A stretch of 40,898 nucleotides of DNA from Myxococcales bacterium (lineage in GTDB: Bacteria > Myxococcota_A > Polyangia > Polyangiales > Polyangiaceae): positions 1-40,898 of the forward strand of contig JAHFDV010000002.1 in NCBI GenBank assembly GCA_023248815.1, given 5' to 3'. A program made the position numbers and the translations under genes. The notes below the pieces were generated by a model. The model ran no database searches, was not told where the DNA came from, and saw only the letters and a list, made by a program, of their open reading frames with translations. Numbering within the stretch: position 1 is the first letter of the stretch; each line of letters begins with the position of its first letter. Of the stretch, positions 8,969 through 18,446 are shown one piece after another.

Positions 8969-10291
8969 ATGAGGGGGCTCTCGCAAGGGACGGCGCTCGC
9001 GCTCGCATGCCTCGTGGTGGGCACTTCGAGGCTCGCCCACTCCGACGAGCGCGGTCTCGCCGAGAGTCCGCCGTGGACGGTGCCGGGGGATTTGCCGCTC
9101 CCATTCGACGCGCGTTCGGTGCGCATCAAGCTACCCAAAGAGCCGGCGTCGCCGCAGATGGGACCGGCGATCGTGGCGGAGCCAGGACTTCTCTCCAAGC
9201 GTCGTGGAACGGCAGCCTTCGAAGCGACGTTGCCGCTCTTCGGTGCCAAGCGCGGCGCAGAGTGTCTCGGACGCTGGCTGCTCGTCGGACCGCTCGCTTG
9301 GGTTTGCTCGGACGCCGTCGAGTTTTCGAGTGCGCTCTCGCTTCCTCCCGACACGCCTTCGATGTTTTCGTATCGCTACTTCTTCGCGGGGGCTGACGGC
9401 GCGACGGCGTTCGAATCGCCGCAAGCTGCCGAAGAAGGCGCGCCGCTGAAAGAATACGAGCACGGGTTCGGCATCGCAGGCATCGAAGAGCGAAGACTTG
9501 GTCGCAACGTTTACGTGAAGACGGCCGCCGGGCTCTTCATCGATCGCGCCGCGCTCGTCCCTTCGCGGATCTCGGAATTTCACGGCGAAGATCTCCGCAA
9601 GGACACGCACGTATCACTGACGAATGGAATTACAGGCCCTGCTCACCTCACGATCGCTTGGGCGAAAAAAGGAACGCGCGCATTCGACGACGCCAAGATC
9701 GCCTTCAACCGCCGCGAACCGCTCACGGTGACTTCGCGTGACTCGCTGAAGAAGATCGACGTGCTGCGCGCAACGCGCAAGGACGGAACGGCAGTCGTCG
9801 TTCGTGAGAAAGACGTCGTGTGGCCGACGCTCGAAGCGCCTCCTGCCGAGCTCAAAAAAGGCGAACGGTGGATCGCGATCGATCGCAGCACGCAGACGCT
9901 CGTCGCTTACGAGTTCGAGACGCCCGTTTTTGCGACACTCGTATCGACGGGGCGCGGCGCGGAAGGAACCGAGACGTCTACGCCCAAAGGAAGCTTTCGC
10001 ATCTGGGTGAAGCTCGCCACGAGCAACATGGACAATCTCGAAGACGAAAATCTCTCGGAGCACTATTCCCTCGAAGACGTGCCCTTCGTGCAGTTCTTCT
10101 CGAAAGGCGTTGCCCTTCACGGCGCGTTTTGGCACGACGATTTCGGTGTCGCGCGAAGCCATGGCTGCGTGAATCTCACGCTCGCCGACGCCGAGTGGCT
10201 CTTCAAGTTCACGGGTCCGCATCTTCCGAACGGCTGGAGCGCCGCGCTGCCTTCCGAGCTCGAGCGAGGAACGCTCATCGTCGTGAAGTGA
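8969..10291 (+). CDS. Secreted L,D-transpeptidase (YkuD domain) protein
   Basis: The signal is MRGLSQGTALALACLVVGTS. The C-terminal YkuD domain reads WIAIDRSTQTLVAYE...TPKGSFRI...ALHGAFWHDDFGVARSHGCVNL, with the catalytic His and Cys. The start lies 2 nt after the kinase stop. Confidence 0.85.
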   Translation: MRGLSQGTALALACLVVGTSRLAHSDERGLAESPPWTVPGDLPLPFDARSVRIKLPKEPASPQMGPAIVAEPGLLSKRRGTAAFEATLPLFGAKRGAECLGRWLLVGPLAWVCSDAVEFSSALSLPPDTPSMFSYRYFFAGADGATAFESPQAAEEGAPLKEYEHGFGIAGIEERRLGRNVYVKTAAGLFIDRAALVPSRISEFHGEDLRKDTHVSLTNGITGPAHLTIAWAKKGTRAFDDAKIAFNRREPLTVTSRDSLKKIDVLRATRKDGTAVVVREKDVVWPTLEAPPAELKKGERWIAIDRSTQTLVAYEFETPVFATLVSTGRGAEGTETSTPKGSFRIWVKLATSNMDNLEDENLSEHYSLEDVPFVQFFSKGVALHGAFWHDDFGVARSHGCVNLTLADAEWLFKFTGPHLPNGWSAALPSELERGTLIVVK

Positions 10292-10319
10292 TCAGGTTCC
10301 GCCCGCGTGCGGCTCCTCG

Positions 10320-11609
10320 CTAAGTGCCAATCGCGAAGCCGCCGCTCGCAAAATCGGTGATGCCTTCGCCGGAAGTACCTTCGTCGACGCTGCGATCACC
10401 GAAGAACGCGAGGAGCTCGTCGCGCCGTGCGCGGGCGTCAGAACGTCCCATTTCGATCATGCGGCGACAGAAGGGGCCGTCGAACATGATGTAGCTCGCG
10501 AGATCCGCTTCGTCGCCGACGCCTGAATCCAAGAGCGAGAAGAGGCGCTTCGTGAGGAAGGGATCGCCTCGGAAGCTGCCACGCTTCACGTGCTCGCTGG
10601 CGACGTGCCCGATGTCTTCGCTGGGGCGCACCGTGAGGTTCTGGACGTAGGAATAATCCGGGCCGCCGCGCTTTTTCGACTCCTCACTCAAGGTGTTCGT
10701 GAAGCCGGGCCCGTACGCCGACGTGCCGTCCGTGAGGACGCCATTCAAACGGCGCAAGAGCTCGAGATCGACGTCGACGTGGTCGAGCAAGAACGCGTTC
10801 AAGACTTTTCCAAGCAAGAACGCAGCGCCTGGCGCTTTCGCCGTCGTCGCCGTCGGCGCTTCACTCGCCGCGATACCGCTCACGTGCCTCGAGCTTCCGA
10901 CGACGAAGATGTGACTCGCGCCGAGGCGCAATGCGGGAGCAATCGGCGTGTTTTGCCGCAAGCCGCCGTCGAGATAGAGCTCGCCGTCGATGCGCACGGC
11001 GGGGAAAATCAGGGGAATCGCCGCACTCGCGAGCGCATGCTGCGGACCGATGAGCTCCGCTTGAAAGAGTGTTCGCGGTGGAGGAGGCGAGGGTACGACC
11101 ATGTCCGGCGCGAGCTGCATGAAGACGACGGTACGTCCCGTCGACACCTCCGTTGTGGAGACGCTCAACGCCGAGAGCTGCTTCGACTGGAGCGCACGCG
11201 ACACTGCGCGCCAACTCACTTCTTTTTGAACGAGCTCCGCCATCGGCCGCACGTCGAAGAGTCCTGCGCCGTGCTCGCCACCGCCCGTGAGGAGGCGTGG
11301 AATCGTGATGAGCTGACGCATGCCGAAGCCGAGAACGCGCGTGATTTCGAGCTCGCTCCAGAGCTCGACGAGGCGGCGAATTCCGAGCCCCGGATCGAAA
11401 AGGTGCGCGGCGATGTAGCAGGCGTTGATCGCGCCGACGCTGGTTCCGCAGAGGATGTCGATGCGTGGCGGCCCACCGCGAAGGCGCGCCAGCTCTTCGA
11501 ACACGTACCAAAGGACGCCTACTTCGTAGGCACCACGTGCGCCGCCGCCGGAGAGGACGATGGCCACTCGACGCGGCCGCGGGCCTCCAGTGCTCGGGGG
11601 GGCGTACAT
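10320..11609 (-). CDS. Patatin-like phospholipase
   Basis: It has the oxyanion motif VLSGGGARGAYEVG, the nucleophile elbow GTSVGA, and the catalytic Asp in LYLDGGLRQNTP. Confidence 0.9.
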   Translation of the reverse strand: MYAPPSTGGPRPRRVAIVLSGGGARGAYEVGVLWYVFEELARLRGGPPRIDILCGTSVGAINACYIAAHLFDPGLGIRRLVELWSELEITRVLGFGMRQLITIPRLLTGGGEHGAGLFDVRPMAELVQKEVSWRAVSRALQSKQLSALSVSTTEVSTGRTVVFMQLAPDMVVPSPPPPRTLFQAELIGPQHALASAAIPLIFPAVRIDGELYLDGGLRQNTPIAPALRLGASHIFVVGSSRHVSGIAASEAPTATTAKAPGAAFLLGKVLNAFLLDHVDVDLELLRRLNGVLTDGTSAYGPGFTNTLSEESKKRGGPDYSYVQNLTVRPSEDIGHVASEHVKRGSFRGDPFLTKRLFSLLDSGVGDEADLASYIMFDGPFCRRMIEMGRSDARARRDELLAFFGDRSVDEGTSGEGITDFASGGFAIGT

Positions 11610-11724
11610 GAACGAACCATTCTATTCGGGCTTGGTCGGAGAAGAACAGCTTTTGGCACTTGTCCCGAGAATGCGGCAACCGGCGGACTATCGTTTTGTC
11701 GCGAGGTCCGTATGATTCGCGCCC

Positions 11725-12789
11725 ATGACGCGCCCACTCGTCGCACTGCTTCCGGGAGATGGAATTGGTAAAGATGTCGTTCGCGAAGGGAAGCGCCTGC
11801 TCGCGCATCTCGAAAAGACACGCAGCGTCGCACTGGACCTCTGGGATCTGGATCTCGGCGCCGACCGTTATTTGAAAGACGGGACGACGTATCCAAAAGA
11901 GATTCGCGCGCGCATCGAGAGCGAAGCGAAGGCGGTGCTCCTCGGAGCGCTCGGCGATCCGCGAGTCCCCGGTCTCGAGCATGCCCGCGACATTCTCTTT
12001 GGGCTTCGCTTTGGGCTCGACCTCTATGCGAATGTGCGCCCCGTAAAAGCGCTCGACGATCGCCTCGTACCGCTGAAGGGCAAAGGCGCCAAGGATGTCG
12101 ACTTCGTCGTGTTCCGCGAGAACACGGAAGGCATCTATGTCGGCATGGGCGGGCAGTTCAAGCGCGGCACCGCAGACGAGATTGCGATCAACGAAGACGT
12201 GAACACGCGCAAAGGCGTCGAGCGCCTCATTCGTGCGGGCTTCGAATACGCGAAAAAGAACGGCAAAAAGACCGTGCACATGGCCGACAAGTCCAACGCG
12301 ATGAAACACGCGCACGAGCTCTGGTATCGCGCGTTCTTCGAGATCGCGAAGGAGTATCCCGGCATCGAGCCGAAGCACGTTTATGTCGATGCGCTCTGTC
12401 TCTACCTCGTCCAGGATCCTTCGCCCTTCGAGGTAGTTGTAACCTGCAACCTTTTCGGCGACATCGTGACGGACCTCGGCGCAGGTCTTCAGGGTGGGCT
12501 CGGCATGGCCGGAAGCGCGAACATCCACGCGAGTGACCCCTCGCGCGTCGCCCTTTTCGAACCCGTGCACGGCTCGGCTCCGCCCCTCGCTGGGAAAGAT
12601 CTTGCGAACCCTTTCGCGTGCTTTCTCACGATCGGAATGATGCTCACGCATCTCGGCTTCGAGAACGTCGAGCAGGACATCGAGGCGCTCGTAGGTCGGG
12701 GCATCCGCGAGAGAAAATGCACGCGCGATGTCGGCGGTGAGCTCGGGACGAAGGCCGTCACCGACTGGTTCATCGACGCCTTCCGCTGA
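11725..12789 (+). CDS. Isocitrate/isopropylmalate dehydrogenase family enzyme (LeuB or tartrate-dehydrogenase-like)
   Basis: VALLPGDGIGKDV..., FRENTEGIY, the family signature NLFGDIVTDLGAGLQGGLGMAGSANI, and FEPVHGSAP. Substrate specificity cannot be assigned by eye. Confidence 0.85.
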   Translation: MTRPLVALLPGDGIGKDVVREGKRLLAHLEKTRSVALDLWDLDLGADRYLKDGTTYPKEIRARIESEAKAVLLGALGDPRVPGLEHARDILFGLRFGLDLYANVRPVKALDDRLVPLKGKGAKDVDFVVFRENTEGIYVGMGGQFKRGTADEIAINEDVNTRKGVERLIRAGFEYAKKNGKKTVHMADKSNAMKHAHELWYRAFFEIAKEYPGIEPKHVYVDALCLYLVQDPSPFEVVVTCNLFGDIVTDLGAGLQGGLGMAGSANIHASDPSRVALFEPVHGSAPPLAGKDLANPFACFLTIGMMLTHLGFENVEQDIEALVGRGIRERKCTRDVGGELGTKAVTDWFIDAFR

Positions 12790-12970
12790 AGCGCCCCTTT
12801 TGGCGGGCTTTCGCTCGCCTACGAAGTCTTGGTGGCGCCTTCGTGAGGGAACCTCCCACCTTGGGCGCTCGAAAAAAGATGGGAACTATTTCGAACCCAA
12901 GCTGTCGCAAGGTTCGCGTGTAACAATCGAGGCGTCGTCTTTCTGGATGAAGGACGCCTAGGAGTGCCCG

Positions 12971-13489
12971 ATGCGGTGGTGGAGCGGTGCCGTCATCTCT
13001 TTTGGACTGATTCTCGGCATGTCGGGAACGACTGGGCGGGAGCATTCCATCGTTCGGGTCTCCGACGCGGATTGGAACCAGAAGATCTTGGAGCTCGAAG
13101 ACCGCGTTGCCGCCGATCCCAAGAACGTTCGAGCGCGCACGACGCTCGCGCAGACGTATCTGGATGTCGGCCTCGGCGGTCACGCGCTTTCGCTCATCTC
13201 GGCGACGCCGAACGTTCCGCCCGAGCTCGAGCACGTGCGTGCGCGCGCACTCTTCGAGGAAGGTCGCGCCTCCGATGCGCTCGTCTCGGAGAATCGCGTG
13301 CTCGACGAATGTCAGAAGGCCCTCCTGAATCCGCCGTGCCCTTCATGGCTCACGGGCTCTGCGACGTATCGCGCGGATCTCCTTCGACGCCTCGTCGAGG
13401 CTGGAATCGAAGACGCGCACGAGCACGAACGCCTTTCTGCGATCGCCGTATCGAAGGCGACCCGACCCGTGACCTTCGAGGCTCGATGA
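12971..13489 (+). CDS. Hypothetical membrane-anchored or secreted helical (TPR-like) protein
   Basis: A good SD (AGGAG) sits 7 nt upstream of the ATG. The N-terminus is hydrophobic (WWSGAVISFGLILGM), followed by helical repeat-like sequence. The stop overlaps the next start (ATGA at 13486-13489). Confidence 0.6.
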   Translation: MRWWSGAVISFGLILGMSGTTGREHSIVRVSDADWNQKILELEDRVAADPKNVRARTTLAQTYLDVGLGGHALSLISATPNVPPELEHVRARALFEEGRASDALVSENRVLDECQKALLNPPCPSWLTGSATYRADLLRRLVEAGIEDAHEHERLSAIAVSKATRPVTFEAR

Positions 13490-14289
13490 AGAAAGCGATC
13501 GTGGCGTTGTTCGGCGTCATCACGGGGTGCGCCCCTGAACATCCGGCACGGACGCCTGCGAGCGGTAACGACGTCGACAAGAGTCCGTCCTTTTTTCCGC
13601 CACCTTTCGAGCTCCGTGGCCCCATCGACTCCGTGCTGCGACTCGTGGGCCCATCGGCAACGTGCTCGGGCACGCTCATCGAAGACGATCTCGTGCTGAC
13701 GGCACACCACTGCGTCGTCGTGCGCGCACGCACCGGCGAATTCACGAACGAGGTCGTCCCGGCAGCGTCGATGAAGATCGAGCTCGGCGGGGACACGCTC
13801 GCCTGGGGTCGCGTCGGAGTCCGCTCGATCGTCGTTCCACCCTGCGGAGAGTCCGGCGGGCCTCACGATGTCGCCGTCCTCGTACTCGAGCGCAAGCTCA
13901 CGGGGCTTCACACGATGAGGCCACGCCTTGGACAACCGCCGAGCGTGGGCGAACCGCTCGAGCCTGCAGGATTCGGTCGCTGCGGACTCTCGAGCGACGC
14001 CGTTCATCGTTCGACACGGCTCGGTGGAGTCGTGACGGCCGTCGTGCCCGAAGTCTTCTTCATGCAAGCCTCGATCTGTCCCGGCGACTCGGGAGGACCG
14101 GTATTCACGCCGGGAGGCGAGGAGGTCGTCGGCATCATCAGCTTGGCAGCGATGGACAACGACGAGCGCACGCGCGGCTCGGCGATGCTCACGCGGATCG
14201 ATCGCGCCCGTCCCGTCGTCGCTCAGGCACGTCTCATCGCCGATGGCACGCCCGCGACCGAGCTTCCGCCACTTGCTTGCGAGCCTTGA
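13486..14289 (+). CDS. Trypsin-like (S1 family) serine protease lipoprotein
   Basis: The lipobox is MKKAIVALFGVITGC. The catalytic residues are His in LTAHHC and Ser in CPGDSGGPVF. I split it from tracked ORF 12964-14289 at the internal ATG. Confidence 0.85.
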   Translation: MKKAIVALFGVITGCAPEHPARTPASGNDVDKSPSFFPPPFELRGPIDSVLRLVGPSATCSGTLIEDDLVLTAHHCVVVRARTGEFTNEVVPAASMKIELGGDTLAWGRVGVRSIVVPPCGESGGPHDVAVLVLERKLTGLHTMRPRLGQPPSVGEPLEPAGFGRCGLSSDAVHRSTRLGGVVTAVVPEVFFMQASICPGDSGGPVFTPGGEEVVGIISLAAMDNDERTRGSAMLTRIDRARPVVAQARLIADGTPATELPPLACEP

Positions 14290-14330
14290 GCCTCTACTGC
14301 GCCCCAAGAGATATCCGCTATAACGGATGA

Positions 14331-16319
14331 TTGGGCCGGCGATGCGTTCACCCCTCACATCGAACGCGACTTGTTTCGAAGCGTGTCGTCACCAGAAAGG
14401 GCATGCGTATCCGTTATAATGGACGTATCTTGCCAACCTTGGAACGCCCCGCGCCTTCGCTCGTGACGAGCACGCCGATCTTTTTCCCCACTTCTCCCGA
14501 AGCCGCGCCCTCGCATGGAGTGCTCTTCGGATGGACACATCTTCCCGCGCACGCAACGCGCGATGCCGGCATCGTCCTCGTTCCGACGCTCGGCGAAGAA
14601 TACATGATGGCGTATCAAGCGCTGCGTGGTCTCGCGGAACAGCTCGCGGCAGCGGGCTTTCCGGTCTTGCGCATCGACCTCCACGGGACCGGCAACTCGT
14701 CGGGCGACGATCGCGACGAGAGCCGTCTCGATGCTTGGAAGAAGAGCGTGGATGCGGCGATCGACCGCTTGAAGGCCGATGCGCACGTGTCACGCGTCGC
14801 CGTCTTCGGCGTGCGATTCGGCGCGGCACTCGCACTCGAAGCGCTTTCGACGCGCGGAGACGTCGCCAGTGCCGTCATCGCGTACGCGCAAGCGAATGGG
14901 CGTGCGTTGGCGCGCGAGGTGAAAGCGTTTCATGCACTCTCGGGACGCACGGAAACGGATCCCGAATGGGCCGGCTTCTTGTTCACCAAGGCGACGATGG
15001 AGTCGCTCGGCAAGTTCGAACCTCTCGCGCGCGAGCTGAATTCGAGCGCAGGCGCGAAGAAGGTGCACGTCATTCAGCGCGACGATCGCTCGCCGGACGA
15101 TCGCCTTCCGGCACGGCTCAAGGAGCTCGGAGCCGAAGTGACCGAAGTCACGACGCCCGGCATTCGCGACCTCACGACGGCTCCGCATAAATCGCGTCTC
15201 CCGACGGAGCTCTATGCAGAGGTCGTGCGCGCGTTCGACGTGCTGCACCCCCGGCTCGAAAACGGCGGAGCAAAGGCGGCTACGGGCGGCAAAAAGCCGA
15301 GCCCGACCGCGCGCGTGGTCGTTGCGCCGAACGTCGAAGAAGAATTCGTCACTTTCGGAAACGAGCTTCGCGGCGTTTACGCGAGTCCTGCGAAGGGCGA
15401 TGCGAAAGGGGCCGTCCTCTTCCTCAACACCAGCGCGAATCATCACGTGGGGCCAAGCCGTATGTACGTGCGCTTCGCAAGGCAGCTCGCTGCTTCGGGG
15501 ATCGCAAGCTTGCGATTCGATCTATCGCTTCTCGGAGACAGCGGATCTCGAGCGCGCGCCGCGTTGCCCGACGAGATCTACTCTCTCGGAAAAGTGCCCG
15601 ACGCGAAAAAGGCGATCGCTTTTTTGAAAGAGCACGGACACGAGGACGTGATTCTCGCGGGACTTTGCTCGGGCGCCTTCACGAGCTTTCATACGGCTCT
15701 CGAAAAGGACGTGGACGTCAAAGGCATCTTCCTCGTCAACACGCAGGTGTTCGTGTGGCGAGACGGCGATTCACTCGACGTGGGACACTCGCGCAACTTC
15801 GAAGAGGTCGATCGCTACAAGCGCGGCGTCTTCGAGCTCGAACGCTGGAAAAAATTGCTCCGCGGTGACGTGCCTCTCGGACGCATTGCCAAAGCGTTTG
15901 CCGACCGCGCTGCGATTCGTGGAGAAGCTGCGCTCGGACAAGTGCTCGCACGTGCTCGCGGCCAGCGAACCATCGCCGATCAATTTCGCGAGCTCGTGCT
16001 CGATCGCAGCATCGCGGTGAAGCTCGTGTACGCGACACACGATCCCGGCATCGACTATCTGAAGCTCCATGTTGGAAGGCTGATCTCGCGCCTCGAAGCT
16101 TCGTCGTTTTTCAACGTCACGATCGTTCCCGAGGGCGACCACGTGTTTTCTCCGTACGTGTCCCAGGAGCGGCTCGGTGAGCTGTTGCTCGGTTTCGCAA
16201 ACGAGACCTTCGCAAAATCCGCGGCGATGGAGAACGGGAACGGCGACTTGCGAGGCGCGAAGAACTCGAAGCGCCGGCGCGCACTTGGCGCCGTTCGTAA
16301 ACACTTCGCGACGATCTGA
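14331..16319 (+). CDS. Two-lobed alpha/beta-hydrolase-fold protein
   Basis: The first lobe reads IVLVPTLGEEYM...LRIDLHGTGNSSGD...VAVFGVRFGAALA. The second reads AVLFLNTSANHHVGP...LRFDLSLLGDSG...VILAGLCSGAF. The start is uncertain (14331, ATG 14403 or TTG 14430). Confidence 0.65.
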   Translation: MGRRCVHPSHRTRLVSKRVVTRKGMRIRYNGRILPTLERPAPSLVTSTPIFFPTSPEAAPSHGVLFGWTHLPAHATRDAGIVLVPTLGEEYMMAYQALRGLAEQLAAAGFPVLRIDLHGTGNSSGDDRDESRLDAWKKSVDAAIDRLKADAHVSRVAVFGVRFGAALALEALSTRGDVASAVIAYAQANGRALAREVKAFHALSGRTETDPEWAGFLFTKATMESLGKFEPLARELNSSAGAKKVHVIQRDDRSPDDRLPARLKELGAEVTEVTTPGIRDLTTAPHKSRLPTELYAEVVRAFDVLHPRLENGGAKAATGGKKPSPTARVVVAPNVEEEFVTFGNELRGVYASPAKGDAKGAVLFLNTSANHHVGPSRMYVRFARQLAASGIASLRFDLSLLGDSGSRARAALPDEIYSLGKVPDAKKAIAFLKEHGHEDVILAGLCSGAFTSFHTALEKDVDVKGIFLVNTQVFVWRDGDSLDVGHSRNFEEVDRYKRGVFELERWKKLLRGDVPLGRIAKAFADRAAIRGEAALGQVLARARGQRTIADQFRELVLDRSIAVKLVYATHDPGIDYLKLHVGRLISRLEASSFFNVTIVPEGDHVFSPYVSQERLGELLLGFANETFAKSAAMENGNGDLRGAKNSKRRRALGAVRKHFATI

Positions 16320-16551
16320 AGCGGAGGTTGCCGAAGGTAGCCGAGCGATGCGGCGGCGCGGTGCCGGTGGCACGCCTCCCCGGATGCCCGTTCTATTATA
16401 GCTACATATCCTGCTATACAGGATTGTAAGTGCTCGATATTGTAATGTTTTATGCGTGTATGCTGCAATGCATTAATACCTGCATTCCTTCATCGCTTCG
16501 GGAGTGCACAGCACGCCAACGACACCGTCGCCGTCCCTAACTGACAGTCTC

Positions 16552-17403
16552 TCACCGCGTGAGTTTCTCGCTGACGTCCCAAAGACGCTTCGCATCCTCG
16601 TTGCTGCGTGCCCGGGCGCTCGGATTCAGCGGTTTTATGTTCGCGAAGTACTTGCCGCTGACGCCTTCTACTTCGGGCGAGCTCGCGAGATAGATCTGGG
16701 TCTTCGCTCCGCCTTCGTTCGACTTCAGAAAGGGCGCTGCGACCGAATAGAACATCTTGATGATGCCTTTGTTGTTCTGACCGAAGCCGCTCGCAACGAC
16801 GCCAGGGTGGACACAATTGGCCGTGACGCCCGTGCCTTCGAGTTTCCGCGCGAGCTCGAACGTGAAGAGAATGTTCGCGAGCTTGGACTGCGCGTAAGCG
16901 GCCCAACCGCTGAACCCTTTTTCGAGCTGGAGATCGTCCCAGTTCATCTTGCCCGCCTTGTGAGCGTCCGAAGCGACATTGACGATGCGTGCGGGCGAGC
17001 TCTTCTTGAGCGTTTCCAAAAGGAGCTCCGTGAATAGAAAATAGCCGAGGTGGTTCGTCGCGAACGTGAGCTCGAGTCCGTCGACTGTCTTCTCGTACTT
17101 GTCGTTGATTGCGCCCGCATTGTTCACGAGCACGTCGAGCCGATCATGCTTGCCCAGAAACTCGGCTGCTGCTCTGCGGATGTCCTTCTGCGAGCTCATG
17201 TCGCAAAGGAGCAGCTCCGTCTTCGTGCTTCCCGTCTTCTCCTGAATCTCGGCGATCGCGCTTTCACCTTTCTCGCGGTTGCGGCACACCAAGACGACAT
17301 GCGCGCCCTGTCGCGCGAGCTCGAGAGCGGTGACACGTCCGATACCCGTGCTCGCTCCCGTAACGATGCAAACCTTGCCGTCCATGTATCCCGATTGATT
17401 CAT
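16552..17403 (-). CDS. Short-chain dehydrogenase/reductase (retinol-dehydrogenase-like SDR)
   Basis: CIVTGASTGIGR (TGxxxGxG), NNAG, and the catalytic YAQSK (YxxxK). Confidence 0.9.
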   Translation of the reverse strand: MNQSGYMDGKVCIVTGASTGIGRVTALELARQGAHVVLVCRNREKGESAIAEIQEKTGSTKTELLLCDMSSQKDIRRAAAEFLGKHDRLDVLVNNAGAINDKYEKTVDGLELTFATNHLGYFLFTELLLETLKKSSPARIVNVASDAHKAGKMNWDDLQLEKGFSGWAAYAQSKLANILFTFELARKLEGTGVTANCVHPGVVASGFGQNNKGIIKMFYSVAAPFLKSNEGGAKTQIYLASSPEVEGVSGKYFANIKPLNPSARARSNEDAKRLWDVSEKLTR

Positions 17404-17518
17404 TGGGCCCGAGAGTAGGCACTCTCTCGTCGTTGTCGAGAAGCGGTCCTACATTTCGGGCCGAGCGTCGCGACCCGTGAGGGAATGCGCATGCCGATTG
17501 CGATCGAAGAGCTTGCAG

Positions 17519-18232
17519 ATGACGCCAGATTCAAAAGCAGAGATCCGCGTGACCGCGAGACGCATCGACGATCTCATCGTCGCCCTTTGCAACGAGCGCG
17601 CACCGAAGAGCATTTGCCCCTCGGATGTCGCTCGCGCCATCTCACCCGAACACTTTCGTCCACTGATGGCACGCGTGCGCGAACGAGCCGCGAAGCTAGC
17701 CGCGCGAAAAGAGGTGGTCGTCACGCAGCGAGGAAAAGAGGTCGACATCGAGACCGTTCGAGGTCCGGTTCGCATTTCGCGCTCTCCAAAGATGCTCCGT
17801 CACGACGCGCTCTATCGCGCGATCGACTTCAGAAAGACCCCCGAGCTCTATCGCGTAGGACGCGGCGAGGAAGGCGTGCTCACCGTCGCGCCCTACAAGT
17901 CCGAGCTCCTCCCTCTCTGGAAATTTCGGACTCCCGAGCTAGCAAAAAAATCAGCCGCCGCTCTCTTCGCCGCCTTCAAAAGGTACCGCGACCAGGGCGA
18001 TTTCGTCGGAATGGACATGGCCAGAAAGTTCATCCAAATGGGCTTCACGCGCGCCCGCCGCTACGCCAACCACAAAGGCGGTCTCAAATACGACGCCCAT
18101 CACCGAGCGCTCTCAAGAGCTCAAGACCCCGTCAAAGCAGAGTCCGCGCAAATCTTCCAGACCACCCTCACCCGCCTCCTAAAGGACCCTCACTACCAAT
18201 CCGCTCGTAAAGCCTGGCCCTCTTCCAGCTGA
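17519..18232 (+). CDS. Fusion of a DUF3253-like N-terminal domain and a DUF4385-like C-terminal domain (hypothetical)
   Basis: The N-terminal part reads ICPSDVARAISPEHFRPLMARVRERAAKLAARKEVVVTQRGKEVDIETVRGPVRI. The C-terminal part reads DFRKTPELYRVGRGEEGVLTVAPYKSELLPLWKFRTPE...GDFVGMDMARKFIQMGFTRARRYANHKGG. The family names are recalled, not searched. The start is ATG 17519, or the upstream 17477. Confidence 0.7.
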   Translation: MTPDSKAEIRVTARRIDDLIVALCNERAPKSICPSDVARAISPEHFRPLMARVRERAAKLAARKEVVVTQRGKEVDIETVRGPVRISRSPKMLRHDALYRAIDFRKTPELYRVGRGEEGVLTVAPYKSELLPLWKFRTPELAKKSAAALFAAFKRYRDQGDFVGMDMARKFIQMGFTRARRYANHKGGLKYDAHHRALSRAQDPVKAESAQIFQTTLTRLLKDPHYQSARKAWPSSS

Positions 18233-18357
18233 TCAGCGGTGCCCGCGCGCGACCGCGCCAACGACAAGGACGCTCCGCAAATAGAGATCGACGAGCCTCC
18301 GCGAACTGATCAGAGGAGCCCGCGCGCGACCGCGCGCCAACAACAAGGACACTCCGC
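18229..18357. repeat. Two roughly 50-bp imperfect direct repeats, period 77 bp
   Basis: Copy 1 is 18229-18278, CTGATCAGCGGTGCCCGCGCGCGACCGCGCCAACGACAAGGACGCTCCGC. Copy 2 is 18306-18357, CTGATCAGAGGAGCCCGCGCGCGACCGCGCGCCAACAACAAGGACACTCCGC. Confidence 0.8.
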
Positions 18358-18377
18358 CGACACACGATGGGCCCAGA

Positions 18378-18426
18378 AGAACGAATCCGCGTCCCCTCGC
18401 CCCGTCGGGGGGCGCGTATTCGTTCG
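18378..18426 (-). terminator. GC-rich hairpin downstream (minus strand) of the displaced tRNA-Ser 3' end; likely the native tRNA terminator
   Basis: GAACGAATCCGCGTCCCC...GGGGGGCGCGTATTCGTTC forms a long imperfect stem. On the minus strand it follows the tRNA 3' fragment and is followed by TTCTTCT. Confidence 0.5.
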
Positions 18427-18446
18427 AGCTATCTATCGCTGGTCAG

